DNA of 64,000 nucleotides from an uncultured virus (IMG/VR IMGVR_UViG_3300035698_023471) (IMGVR_UViG_3300035698_023471); one strand, 5' to 3'. Counted from the first letter of the stretch, positions 45,629 to 55,467 are shown. Program-made: numbers and translations. The notes: generated from the sequence alone by a model not told the origin.

Positions 45629-46882
45629 TCATTCTCCATCCAATAGTGTTGCGGCAATCGGAGAAACTGCTGGACCTGTGTCTCTGATTACTGGAGCAGA
45701 TTCTAGTTCTCTCTTATTTTTTTCAACTCCAATGAGATCTTCTTCCGGTTCGCTGTAGAATGGGTCTCCAGGCTTTCTCATTTTGACCTCTTTAGGCCCC
45801 AATGGACGCTTCTCAGAGGCTTGTAGATACATCCTTGGATCAACTTGCGGATGAGCGTTGGAAACTGTGTCAGGATCAATGATTCCGCTTTCTCCAGAGT
45901 CATTAGAATCTACTTGAAGAGGCATGATGTCGGGTTTTGGAGCACCTGGTCTCATGTTACTTCTAGAAGCATCCCTATGTTGACTTTCATCTGAAGTTCC
46001 AGTCAACGCGGAGAATTTGTCTAATGTTGGGAGACCTTTGTCGCTTGCTCCTTCTCTCGCTGCCATTTCGGAAAAGAATTCCGCATCCGCTCTCTTGGTG
46101 TCTAGGACCATTTGTTGTTGATCGACAAGTGTTTCCGAATCAGGCTGTTTGACATCTACTTGATTCCCTTGATTCAAATGTAGATAGTTTCCATAATCTT
46201 CCATATTGAAACTTGGTTCACCAGTTTTTTCATCAATATCATTGAGGATTCTATCGGGTAGATGTACGTAAGAAGATTTTTGAGTTTTTTGACGAATTTC
46301 TTCAAGTAAATCTTTCTGTCTTGGAGTCAATTCGACGGGTACATCTTTCATCTCGACAGCTCCCTGTTTCGAACTAGCTACAGGAACATATTGTCTATTA
46401 GGATTGAAAGGAACTTCATTCACCAATCCCAATTCAAGAAAACCCAAATATTGAGCGGTAACTTCTAATAGGTTTCTTACTGCAAGATGATGGGATAGAG
46501 CTTGAGAGCAATTCGCTTGATCTGCAGGAATGCGATAAACAGTGTTTCCAACTTCATCGAAATCGATTTTCTTGCCCATACCATGACCGCTATCTCTTTC
46601 GATATCCGTGATGAAGATCGTTCCACCTTTATTTGTGTTGACAAAATATCGATAGGTATAGAAAGAAGCGTCCAACTGAAGTTTTTTAACGACGGGTTCT
46701 TCCTCAATTACTGAAGGAATATTTTTAGCAATCGGTGTTTTGGGCGGTACCTTTTTCGCAATAGGTTTTTTCGGTGACGTTTTCTTACTAGCTGTTTTCT
46801 TCTTTGCTGTTTCAGCCTTGTTCTTTTTGGTAGTCCCCTTGGGCCTACCTCTTTTTCTTTTAACAGATGTTTCTTCGGTCAT
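45629..46882 (-). CDS. Hypothetical protein with N-terminal AT-hook and Lys/Pro-rich segment
   Basis: KRKRGRPKG followed by KKTASKKTSPKKP; CGTATAAT and AAGGAG upstream. Confidence 0.7.
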   Translation of the reverse strand: MTEETSVKRKRGRPKGTTKKNKAETAKKKTASKKTSPKKPIAKKVPPKTPIAKNIPSVIEEEPVVKKLQLDASFYTYRYFVNTNKGGTIFITDIERDSGHGMGKKIDFDEVGNTVYRIPADQANCSQALSHHLAVRNLLEVTAQYLGFLELGLVNEVPFNPNRQYVPVASSKQGAVEMKDVPVELTPRQKDLLEEIRQKTQKSSYVHLPDRILNDIDEKTGEPSFNMEDYGNYLHLNQGNQVDVKQPDSETLVDQQQMVLDTKRADAEFFSEMAAREGASDKGLPTLDKFSALTGTSDESQHRDASRSNMRPGAPKPDIMPLQVDSNDSGESGIIDPDTVSNAHPQVDPRMYLQASEKRPLGPKEVKMRKPGDPFYSEPEEDLIGVEKNKRELESAPVIRDTGPAVSPIAATLLDGE

Positions 46883-46966
46883 AGCCTTTCTCCTTAAAAG
46901 GAATTTTTCTTTACAATAATTGATTATTGTTTGTTAAGTATAAATTATTATACGGATTAAAAAAGA

Positions 46967-46996
46967 AAAGGGGTGCTTGATAACAAGCACCCCTTT
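46967..46996 (-). terminator. Intrinsic terminator after the major capsid gene
   Basis: aaaggggtgcttg-N4-caagcaccccttt, followed by U-rich sequence on the minus strand. Confidence 0.8.
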
Positions 46997-47021
46997 GAAG
47001 AATTAAAAACGATCAGAACGA

Positions 47022-47888
47022 TTAGCTAGTGGAAACGGTGATCTTACCAGTTGCATAATCATTGATGATGGTGATACCGAGTTCTTCGTAGATGACCCAA
47101 CCCAAACGGAGTTCGCGTGGATTATCAGCAGGAAGAACGGTGATGTCCTGACGTACTGGAACCGCACCTACGGTTTCAGCTGGAGCCAAGAGATACACAC
47201 TACCGGCTGGTACACGGTGGGACATGTGGATGTCGGCGGTGAAAAGGTGGCCAAAGAGACCGGACATGAGAACTTCACGTTTGGTGGCTTGGTCAAAGAC
47301 TTCATTTCCGAACATACGGATGTCACCGTACTGACGTGGATGCACGACGATCTTAGCGACAACAAGATCATGCTCTTCGATCAGGGTGAAGATGTAGTTA
47401 AGGGCCTGAAGGGTCAACTCGCCAGTGATCGTCACTGTCTGTGCGGTCGGCACGGCAGTATTAATGGCGGAGAGGATTTCCGTATCCTCTTCCTTCTGGA
47501 TCGCTTCCTTAGACTTCATCTGAATTCTATCTACGATATAAAATCTACGAGCTTTAATTTCAGAGAGTCTTACTTGAGGGTTGACGCCGATTTCGAACAG
47601 AGGAACGAAAACTTCGGTACCTTCGGTGAGGGCTTCTGGAACGGCTCCACGTTTGGAGACGACATAAGCTCGGGTGTAAACATCTTTTTCGTAACGAGGA
47701 ATAACACCTTGTGGCAATTCATCGACGAGAAGCAATTTACGGCCAATAGCTTGATACTCAAGAGCGACCTTAATTGGTTCTACCATGACTTGAGCGAGAG
47801 CGAGGCGACCTTGTGCGTCGTCCATGGCTGCGGTCATGATAAGCTCTTTCTGCTCATCGCTATATTTATGTCCTGTAATTGTGTTCAT
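47022..47888 (-). CDS. Major capsid protein (HK97/encapsulin-like fold)
   Basis: GRLALAQVMVEPI...YQAIGRKLLLVDELPQG...RRFYIVDR. Strongly biased codon usage; sits after the protease, scaffold and decoration genes and before a terminator. Confidence 0.85.
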   Translation of the reverse strand: MNTITGHKYSDEQKELIMTAAMDDAQGRLALAQVMVEPIKVALEYQAIGRKLLLVDELPQGVIPRYEKDVYTRAYVVSKRGAVPEALTEGTEVFVPLFEIGVNPQVRLSEIKARRFYIVDRIQMKSKEAIQKEEDTEILSAINTAVPTAQTVTITGELTLQALNYIFTLIEEHDLVVAKIVVHPRQYGDIRMFGNEVFDQATKREVLMSGLFGHLFTADIHMSHRVPAGSVYLLAPAETVGAVPVRQDITVLPADNPRELRLGWVIYEELGITIINDYATGKITVSTS

Positions 47889-47934
47889 TTTTTCTTACCT
47901 TCCTTAAAGGATTTATCTATTCTTGTTTAATTCG

Positions 47935-47963
47935 AGCCTGGGATCGCCAAGCGATCCCAGGCT
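47935..47963. promoter_or_regulatory. Intergenic 13-bp hairpin upstream of the capsid gene
   Basis: agcctgggatcgc-caa-gcgatcccaggct; no U-tract. Confidence 0.55.
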
Positions 47964-47981
47964 AAATCTGAGTTAACTCGC

Positions 47982-48536
47982 TTACGACAGAATCATTCTA
48001 ACGAGACAGAATTTTCTGGCAGTATCGACGTCGCCGACGGGCATGTTAACTGGACCTGGAATACCGGAATCGAGATAACCGGAAGTTCCATATTTCGTGT
48101 TCGGCAGGATACTGACAACTCTAAAGATACTTTCAATGGCACCAGAATTGGTTTTGATAACTTCACCATCTGGAGCACCGGAAGCTGTTCTGAGCGTATC
48201 TCCGACCACGACAGTCGTATCCGTCGCATCAACATCGGCAGTTGAACCGTAATCAACATAAAACAGTCCACCACCGTTGTAGACGGTCAGTCTACCGGAA
48301 CCGGCTGTTTCATCGTTTGATTCCCAAGCCTTGTTGTAGAACGTTGCGGCAGAAGCTGTTCCCTTCACGTCACCACAGATTCCTACAGCGGCACTAAGAG
48401 TGGTGCCACCGGCATCCGAAGAGTCAACCGGGACGGCGTTACCACTAGAATTAAGAGCGACAATTTGTCCTGGTTCGATTGCAGTTGAACCAACTGGATA
48501 ATGGTCGGCGATTACATGATGTCTTACTACTAACAT
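47982..48536 (-). CDS. Putative capsid decoration/cement protein
   Basis: IEPGQIVALNSSG...AVGICGD...GSGRLTVY; small beta-rich gene directly before the major capsid gene. Confidence 0.65.
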   Translation of the reverse strand: MLVVRHHVIADHYPVGSTAIEPGQIVALNSSGNAVPVDSSDAGGTTLSAAVGICGDVKGTASAATFYNKAWESNDETAGSGRLTVYNGGGLFYVDYGSTADVDATDTTVVVGDTLRTASGAPDGEVIKTNSGAIESIFRVVSILPNTKYGTSGYLDSGIPGPVNMPVGDVDTARKFCLVRMILS

Positions 48537-48628
48537 TTTTCTTGTTCCTCCTATTTATTTGTTTAACTATAACTTGTGTTATGTTGAACTAGTAATTACT
48601 TTCTAAATAAAGTTTAAAAAGTACTTTT

Positions 48629-49591
48629 TTATTTTTCGTTATTTCTTTCTTCGTTAATTCTTGTCAAAGTTGTCGGCAAGCTTTGAAGGCTTTCCCAAGC
48701 TTGTCCAGCAGTCTTTGATAAAGGAGAAGGATCACCACCACCAATCGTTGGGGAGTAATCCATCTCTTTGTTATAATATCCAGGGATTCCAGCCAAAGAC
48801 TGTAATCCGACCATGCTAGGAACTAGTTCAGGATTCGTGGTGGCAACTTTAATACCAGATAAATCCTGTCTCGCAGCGGACTGAACGATTTTTCCTTGAT
48901 CGATCATTTCGCATAAAGCTCTAACTCGTTTATATTCTCTTTCCAAAGATTCAGATGTATCTTTTTCAATTCTAACTTCGATTTCGGCTTCAATTTCATT
49001 TTCTTCGATGTCCAAAATCCCAGCTGTGATTTCAAGATCAACTGTTTTCCTTGCTACTCTTTCACGACTACGATAAATTTTTTCTTTCTCAAGTTCTATT
49101 TCAAGTCGTGCTACTTTATCTTCCAATGTTTCAGCAGTTTTATCTACAGATCGTTCGTTCGAATCAGTAGAGGCTGCATGATTCTCAGCAGAACCTGCTG
49201 GGGAAGGTTTTTCATTAGGAGTAAATGGTTGTACATAACTGTCAGGATTTCCAGAAGTTGCATCTTCTCCCTTCTCGTCAACAAATGTTGTCTTTTCCTG
49301 TCCACCCACTCCCGAATCTCCAGAAGAACGTGGAACGACACCTTCATCTGATCCACCATCTCCAGGAACATTCTTGGCTACATCATATTCGTCATAATCG
49401 GTAGACGTTTGGTCTAGTCCTACGCTCTTATCACGAGGAACTCCAGCATCGACATCCTCTTCCACTTCTTGTGGTTGAGTTTGTTGATCTGCAGCCAAAT
49501 TCTGAGCTGTTGGGATAATCTTATCATAGGAACCATCTTCTTTTTTAATGATGACGGTACCATTTTTGAAAGTGGCAACTTTTTCAGACAT
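48629..49591 (-). CDS. Putative scaffolding protein
   Basis: Acidic low-complexity N-terminal half and a coiled coil; lies between the protease and capsid genes. Confidence 0.6.
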   Translation of the reverse strand: MSEKVATFKNGTVIIKKEDGSYDKIIPTAQNLAADQQTQPQEVEEDVDAGVPRDKSVGLDQTSTDYDEYDVAKNVPGDGGSDEGVVPRSSGDSGVGGQEKTTFVDEKGEDATSGNPDSYVQPFTPNEKPSPAGSAENHAASTDSNERSVDKTAETLEDKVARLEIELEKEKIYRSRERVARKTVDLEITAGILDIEENEIEAEIEVRIEKDTSESLEREYKRVRALCEMIDQGKIVQSAARQDLSGIKVATTNPELVPSMVGLQSLAGIPGYYNKEMDYSPTIGGGDPSPLSKTAGQAWESLQSLPTTLTRINEERNNEK

Positions 49592-49632
49592 TTCTTTACT
49601 CCTAATTGTTAATTTCTTTTTTATTCAAGAAT

Positions 49633-52600
49633 TTACTTAGCATTCTTTTTAGACTTTCTAATTTCCCATGTCTTATTGTTTTCCAGATCCATCACGACAA
49701 ATGCATCATCCATATCTGCATACTGAAGTCGTCCTTCAGGAATGTTCTGTGAAGTGACAACATGGGCTTTTGCTTCGGCTCCAGTAGCCGCCGTCTTCTC
49801 CAAGATAGCGTCTCTTTTCACCTTGACTGCTCTCTTAATGTCTCCATCAGAAGTCACTAAGATGTCTACGTCACTAAAAGCTAATACTTTATTTTCAGAT
49901 GGGCTTTTCGCCAATTTTCCCCATTTAAAAGTGCGAGTATCAACGGCGGCAACATAGAGTCCATTAATCTTTTTTACTTGAATCGATTTCGGATCTACAT
50001 TTGCTGCCTTGGCAATCTGATCGACCTTATTTGCTACTTTCTGCATTTCGGTGTCGGTAGATGCTCTCACGCGATTCTCTTCACTTGATTTCGGGGTCGC
50101 GGACAATTGCTCGTTGTAGTTCTGAACGTAAGAATCCGAGTTACCAGAGGTTTTTCCTTCAGCCTCTTCTTCAGCGAATTCGGTAGACCCTTGTCCTTCC
50201 ATCCCTGAATTTCCAGGAGAACGTGGAACGACTTCGGTTTCTCCACCTACGTTACCGCCTTTGCCCTTCTTATACTTATCGGTTTTTACTTTAGTCACAT
50301 TCTTGGGATCAGTTTGTTGCAGTCTGACCTCGGGTTTACGAGGTACCTTTTCTCCAACTCCTTCACCTTGTGCGACTTCATCTTCTACATCCGGTGGCAT
50401 CGTTTGATCTTCCGTACCGGCTTGAGCTTCTTTCACCAAAAGACTTCTAATGTAATTAGGGTCGGTGAAGTCTACTTTATTAGAAGCGGATTTAATTTCT
50501 TGTCTTTTAGTAGCTTCTTGAGAAACGCTTTTCATATCGATTTTTTTCATTCCTACAAGAAGGTTAGACAATTTGTCAAAATCAATTGTACTAGCCACTG
50601 ATTCGCTTCGTCTACGAATGCCCTTGTCGTTCATTTGTTGTGCCTTATGAAGCCTATCGATTTCGACTTCAGCTTCTTTTTCTTCGCCATCGTCGTCATC
50701 ATCGTCTTCGTCTTCTTCACATTCGCCATCATCATCTTCGGATTCGGCCACTTTGACTTCTTCTTCAGTTTCTGCATGTTGGCAAACTGGGCATGGTTGG
50801 CTTTCTTCAGCAGCGGCGAAATCATCTCCTTCGTAAGCTTCATCCAGAGATTCTCCACCTTCGTCTCCTAACAAGAAGTCCGGCGCTTCGGCGTCATCTG
50901 CCATTTCGCCTTCTTCTGCCATTTCGTCTTCTTCGACATCTTCTAACATTTGCTCTTCGCCAGATTCTACTTCCACGTTACCTGCTTCATCGACTTCAAT
51001 CGTAACGCTTTCAGTTGGAGTATCGACAGTAATCGAAATGTCATTCTCTTCTGCCAATCCTAAACCTTCTTCTTCCTCTTCTACTAAACCTTCTTCACCG
51101 AAGCCAGTTTCTACATCTTCGACGAGATCATCGATTCCTTCTTCCTCGAATCCGATCTCATCTTCTTCAGCGGCTCCGTCATCGGAATTTGGAGAAACTA
51201 CTTGTCTTTCATCAAAGCCAAATTGAGCCTGAGAAAGCAAGGCGTCTAACTCCTTGTCTAAATCGTTGTTTTTTGCTGTTGCATTCATTTCTTCATCCTC
51301 TTCTTTAACGGAATTTTTAAACTCTTCTGATACTGACTTGTGGATGATTGTTGCTAAGGCAGCAGCATTCGGAAGAGAATATCCATCTTCGAAAAGCTCT
51401 TTCGCTACATTCTTAACAAAATCTTTAACATCACCTTCGACCTCTTTTGAAGCTCTTGCTTCAATGATATTAGATGCTTGTTTTACCTTTTCAACATATT
51501 TGGAGTAAATTTCATCCTGCTTATCAATTGGTTTTATCTCGTTCTTCGAGACCCAAGCGAGATGAACGTTTACCAGATCATTATTTGTAGCAACAGTGAA
51601 CTTACCTTTCGTACCACAAGCAAGACAGGTGAATCTACTGTTTTCAACATAAGAGTGAACGCTTCCACAAGATGGGCACCTATGTCCTACGGCCACGATG
51701 TCGCCCAGTCCAGCTTCCTTACCCATGCCGCGATACATGTTACCTGTCATGAGCAAAGCTTTAGGATGGACGGTGTAAGAGGCCGCAGCAGGAACTGCAG
51801 GAACAGGTCCCGCTGTCGGAGCAGATTGAAGTTCATTTTGAATGTCTTCGCCTTCAGTAGGTGCTCCAATTTCAGCTTCAGCTTCCGTTCCAGGATGTTG
51901 TGCTTCTCCAGTTAAAACTGGTCCTTCAAGAATATTCAGTGCGACCTTGATGGAGAACTTAGTTCCACAAGTGCTGCACTTGATGTGGTCTTCGATTTGT
52001 TCCAGATCCTCTGTTTGACCGCATGTCGGGCATCGTGTTCCAGGAAACATCGGAGTTCCTACTTGAGCATCAGACTCAAGATCGCCACCCATGTCTCCCT
52101 CATCTAACGGTGCGAAATCATCTTCTGGAGGTGTGGCCATTTGACCGACACCAGGATTTCCCATTCCATCTCCAGGAGGTGGCGGAGATCCTTCACCTTC
52201 CATTCCGAACTGTCCACCCGGCATTCCTACTGGAGGTTGCTGAGCGTAAATCTTACGAAGAGCGACTTGCGCTGCTTCCAATTCGTTCAATGGTTTTTCT
52301 TCTTCATCGTCATCATCAGATTCATCAGAATCTTTGGATTTATCCGCACTTGATTCTGTTTCAATTTCGTCTTCATCGTCTTCATCATCAGATTTATCAG
52401 CATCATCTACTTGATCGATGATATCTGCGGCCAACTTCGCAATCCCATTAACTGCCAGTTCACCAAGTTCGCTGATAGAGACGATCTCGACTTCAGAAGG
52501 TTTGACGGAAATTCCGTCTTCTTCCAGAGTTGCGCTGATGATGACTCTAGCTTTTTCAAGGTAATCATCACCGGACTTTTTAGTTAATCCGTCAAATGAT

Positions 52601-55467
52601 TCTGAAGCCAGAGAAAATTCAACTTCTTTGACAGAAGCTTCCTTCTCATCAGTATCTTCATCCTCTGTTTCTTCTTCTTCCTCTTCATCGACATATTCAG
52701 AAAGAATGTTCTTAAAGAAGTCTTTATTACGAGTGCTGGAGATCATTGCACTCTTTTGACCGGAAGCTACAGAGCGAAGTTTTTCAATTTCATCATCTAC
52801 ATTCTTGGCGATAACTTTCTTCAGGCTGCCTGAATATTCAACGAATGCGGAAAGAATGTTCTGTTGAATTTCGATCCATTTTTCGTTAACACTCTCATCT
52901 GCGGAGACCAGACCTTCTCTCGTATTAATCTCAGCGATACGAAGAGCGACTTTTTCTGCAAGATCGGTTTCAGATTTAAACTCATCTGACAAGTTATATG
53001 CTTCAATGGTTTCAGAAGGATTTCCGTCGATCAAATTTTTACTAATATCTTCGGAATTTACGATGAGATCACAAGCTTCAAGGATTTGGGTTGGAGAAAT
53101 GCTGTCTTTGATGACAGATTGTGTTAAGGCGGTCAAGATTCTATTTGCAGCTTGTTTGGCTGCCATTTTGGGTGTGGAAGAACCCGCATCAGCATCATCT
53201 TCTCTTAAAGAAGATGCTTGTCCTTCGGTGATTTCAAGAACGACCACATCTAATCTCTTATTGCCAACTCCACCGGCGTCATCGAATTGACCTTCCGTGA
53301 TTGGAGTATCGGCAGCAGCACGATCATGCTCTTGACGATGAGTGGTGAACTCGTTATCATTTTCAGAAATTTGATTTTCTTGAACGGATTTACTATTATC
53401 GTTGCGATCATCCTGAATTCGACGATTCTCATCTTCCATTTGAGCTTCGCCGGTTCCACTTTCCACCTTGTGAGGATCATTTGCCCTCTCAGTAGAAGTT
53501 CGACCTTGAATTTTATTTCCATCGACCATGTATTCCGATGGTCCAGTTTTTTCGCCGGAATCATAAGATTCAAGTTGTTTTTCACCAATCGGAAGATCGA
53601 CGTTATAATCTTCTCTCTGATGAGAAAATTCACCGTCCATTTTTGCTACTTGTCCACCAAGGATTTCGTCAGTGGCGCTGTTTTTTCGAAGAGTACCTTG
53701 AATATTCATGATTTCTCCTTCTGAATGTGTTTTCCAGTAATTAAGCCTGTCGTCAATTACTATCTCAGGATTATTTCTAATCAAAGAACTTAATACAACT
53801 GAAAAATCCTTCAAGTTTTTCGACTGCATTAATTTATTCTTATAAAAGCTATCTACATTTTCATTTTCATTTTTCTTACTATATTTCATGACAAAATCTC
53901 CGGCTGAACAAATTAGACATTTGTCGCCGGAGATGGGATCGTAGTCATAAGAGACTTTTGATTTAGATTGTTTTTCGTCTATCTTCATTTGTTCGACAAT
54001 GGTGATCCTATTTAAATCACCTTTCACGTTATTGCAATAATAACTCAACTGTATAAGTCTATCTGTATTCCTATTCTCTGCAGCGATGGGAAATTCCTTT
54101 GTTTTTGGTAGATTTTTTTCGGGAATAGGAAATGCTCCTGCGTTTCCGACAGATTGTTGTGGTTGAGTTGACTGAGGAGCAATTTGCGGTGGTTGTTCTA
54201 CGACGCCGGGAGTTTCTTGATCTAAAACGACCTTCTTACCCTCTTGTCCTTGTCCCTGTCCCTGTCCCCCTTGTTCTTGTTCATTCTGATTAAATCCAGC
54301 AGAAGCGAGATCTAAAATTACTTTCTGCAATTGTTCTAAGACAGATGTGAGATCTTTCACGTACTCGTAATCTACATTGTCCATCTCGATCATCGTTTTT
54401 GCGACATCTCGAATTAAATCAAGTGAATCTGTGAGTTTAGTGATTTCCTCGATGGAAGCTTCAACTTGTAGAGATCCACATTTTGATTTTAAGTCTGCGA
54501 TTTTGGTCTTCGCGGAAACGAGTAGATTGTTTAAATGACCTACTGTTTCTTTCACTCTCTTACGAGATGATTTCAGGATGAGGGTGGGGGTTTCTTTGTG
54601 AATAGTTTGAAATCCATTTAACAAATCTTCTTGAGACAGGATGTCGTTGACTTGACAATCTTTAAAAGCTCCATCGACGACTGCACTTAATTCGATGAAT
54701 TTTAAATCGTGATTGGCTTCATAAACTTTCTTTCCATTGATCTCTTTATTTTTATGGTTTTTGATATGATCGCAATATTCATTGATGTTTGCTGCTCTAT
54801 TACCGCAAATTGAACATTCAGACCATTCTACGGCACATCCCATCGAAACGTCTTTGATGTACCCTTCTCGAATTCCTCTGGCCAATGGTTTGTTTACTAA
54901 GGCATCAAGCATCACGTCACAATAAACGCAATGTTCTTCCAAATCATAAAAAGAATTTACAATAATTCCTTTTGCCAATTCGATATCATCATTTTTATGA
55001 TTTGTAAAAAATTGTTTTCCCACGAACGTCTCAAAAGCTTTCAATTTAAGATCGTCATCTTGATCTGAGAGAACTCTTTCTTTCAAAAGCTCTTCTACAG
55101 AAAAATAATCACCATTATCATTTGCTCCGAATAGATCTTCTTCATTCCCTTTCTTTTCAAAACCACCAGCAGAAATTGCTTTACATCTAAAAAAGATATA
55201 TTCTTCGGGATCGACATCTTTGACAACATTGAGCATATCGACGCGAGAAACAATTCCTAAATGACCATTGAACAAACGAGTAGCATTTTCAGAGACATCT
55301 TTAACAATTTCATTGTCAGAATAACTTTGAATTCGATCTTGTTTTTCTTTTTCAGAAATTGTCATAGAAGCAACACGTAAACCGAAATACTTAGAAGTAT
55401 CTTCGACGTACTCGTCTCTCGAATCAAACTTGGAACCTTCATTGAATGAAATTTTCTTGAGCATCAT
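49633..55467 (-). CDS. Prohead maturation protease (HK97/assemblin-like) fused to a very long acidic scaffold/core region
   Basis: NDNGDYF, FTNH...GII, VSMGC...CSICG...CDH and FIELSAV..GA in the first ~280 aa; then acidic tracts and CxxC zinc ribbons. Confidence 0.8.
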   Translation of the reverse strand: MMLKKISFNEGSKFDSRDEYVEDTSKYFGLRVASMTISEKEKQDRIQSYSDNEIVKDVSENATRLFNGHLGIVSRVDMLNVVKDVDPEEYIFFRCKAISAGGFEKKGNEEDLFGANDNGDYFSVEELLKERVLSDQDDDLKLKAFETFVGKQFFTNHKNDDIELAKGIIVNSFYDLEEHCVYCDVMLDALVNKPLARGIREGYIKDVSMGCAVEWSECSICGNRAANINEYCDHIKNHKNKEINGKKVYEANHDLKFIELSAVVDGAFKDCQVNDILSQEDLLNGFQTIHKETPTLILKSSRKRVKETVGHLNNLLVSAKTKIADLKSKCGSLQVEASIEEITKLTDSLDLIRDVAKTMIEMDNVDYEYVKDLTSVLEQLQKVILDLASAGFNQNEQEQGGQGQGQGQEGKKVVLDQETPGVVEQPPQIAPQSTQPQQSVGNAGAFPIPEKNLPKTKEFPIAAENRNTDRLIQLSYYCNNVKGDLNRITIVEQMKIDEKQSKSKVSYDYDPISGDKCLICSAGDFVMKYSKKNENENVDSFYKNKLMQSKNLKDFSVVLSSLIRNNPEIVIDDRLNYWKTHSEGEIMNIQGTLRKNSATDEILGGQVAKMDGEFSHQREDYNVDLPIGEKQLESYDSGEKTGPSEYMVDGNKIQGRTSTERANDPHKVESGTGEAQMEDENRRIQDDRNDNSKSVQENQISENDNEFTTHRQEHDRAAADTPITEGQFDDAGGVGNKRLDVVVLEITEGQASSLREDDADAGSSTPKMAAKQAANRILTALTQSVIKDSISPTQILEACDLIVNSEDISKNLIDGNPSETIEAYNLSDEFKSETDLAEKVALRIAEINTREGLVSADESVNEKWIEIQQNILSAFVEYSGSLKKVIAKNVDDEIEKLRSVASGQKSAMISSTRNKDFFKNILSEYVDEEEEEETEDEDTDEKEASVKEVEFSLASESFDGLTKKSGDDYLEKARVIISATLEEDGISVKPSEVEIVSISELGELAVNGIAKLAADIIDQVDDADKSDDEDDEDEIETESSADKSKDSDESDDDDEEEKPLNELEAAQVALRKIYAQQPPVGMPGGQFGMEGEGSPPPPGDGMGNPGVGQMATPPEDDFAPLDEGDMGGDLESDAQVGTPMFPGTRCPTCGQTEDLEQIEDHIKCSTCGTKFSIKVALNILEGPVLTGEAQHPGTEAEAEIGAPTEGEDIQNELQSAPTAGPVPAVPAAASYTVHPKALLMTGNMYRGMGKEAGLGDIVAVGHRCPSCGSVHSYVENSRFTCLACGTKGKFTVATNNDLVNVHLAWVSKNEIKPIDKQDEIYSKYVEKVKQASNIIEARASKEVEGDVKDFVKNVAKELFEDGYSLPNAAALATIIHKSVSEEFKNSVKEEDEEMNATAKNNDLDKELDALLSQAQFGFDERQVVSPNSDDGAAEEDEIGFEEEGIDDLVEDVETGFGEEGLVEEEEEGLGLAEENDISITVDTPTESVTIEVDEAGNVEVESGEEQMLEDVEEDEMAEEGEMADDAEAPDFLLGDEGGESLDEAYEGDDFAAAEESQPCPVCQHAETEEEVKVAESEDDDGECEEDEDDDDDDGEEKEAEVEIDRLHKAQQMNDKGIRRRSESVASTIDFDKLSNLLVGMKKIDMKSVSQEATKRQEIKSASNKVDFTDPNYIRSLLVKEAQAGTEDQTMPPDVEDEVAQGEGVGEKVPRKPEVRLQQTDPKNVTKVKTDKYKKGKGGNVGGETEVVPRSPGNSGMEGQGSTEFAEEEAEGKTSGNSDSYVQNYNEQLSATPKSSEENRVRASTDTEMQKVANKVDQIAKAANVDPKSIQVKKINGLYVAAVDTRTFKWGKLAKSPSENKVLAFSDVDILVTSDGDIKRAVKVKRDAILEKTAATGAEAKAHVVTSQNIPEGRLQYADMDDAFVVMDLENNKTWEIRKSKKNAK

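Noticed and set aside
47217..47930. 237-aa plus-strand ORF antisense to the capsid gene, and many similar shadow ORFs
   Set aside because: Explained by the biased codon usage of the sense genes; no RBS or recognisable motifs.
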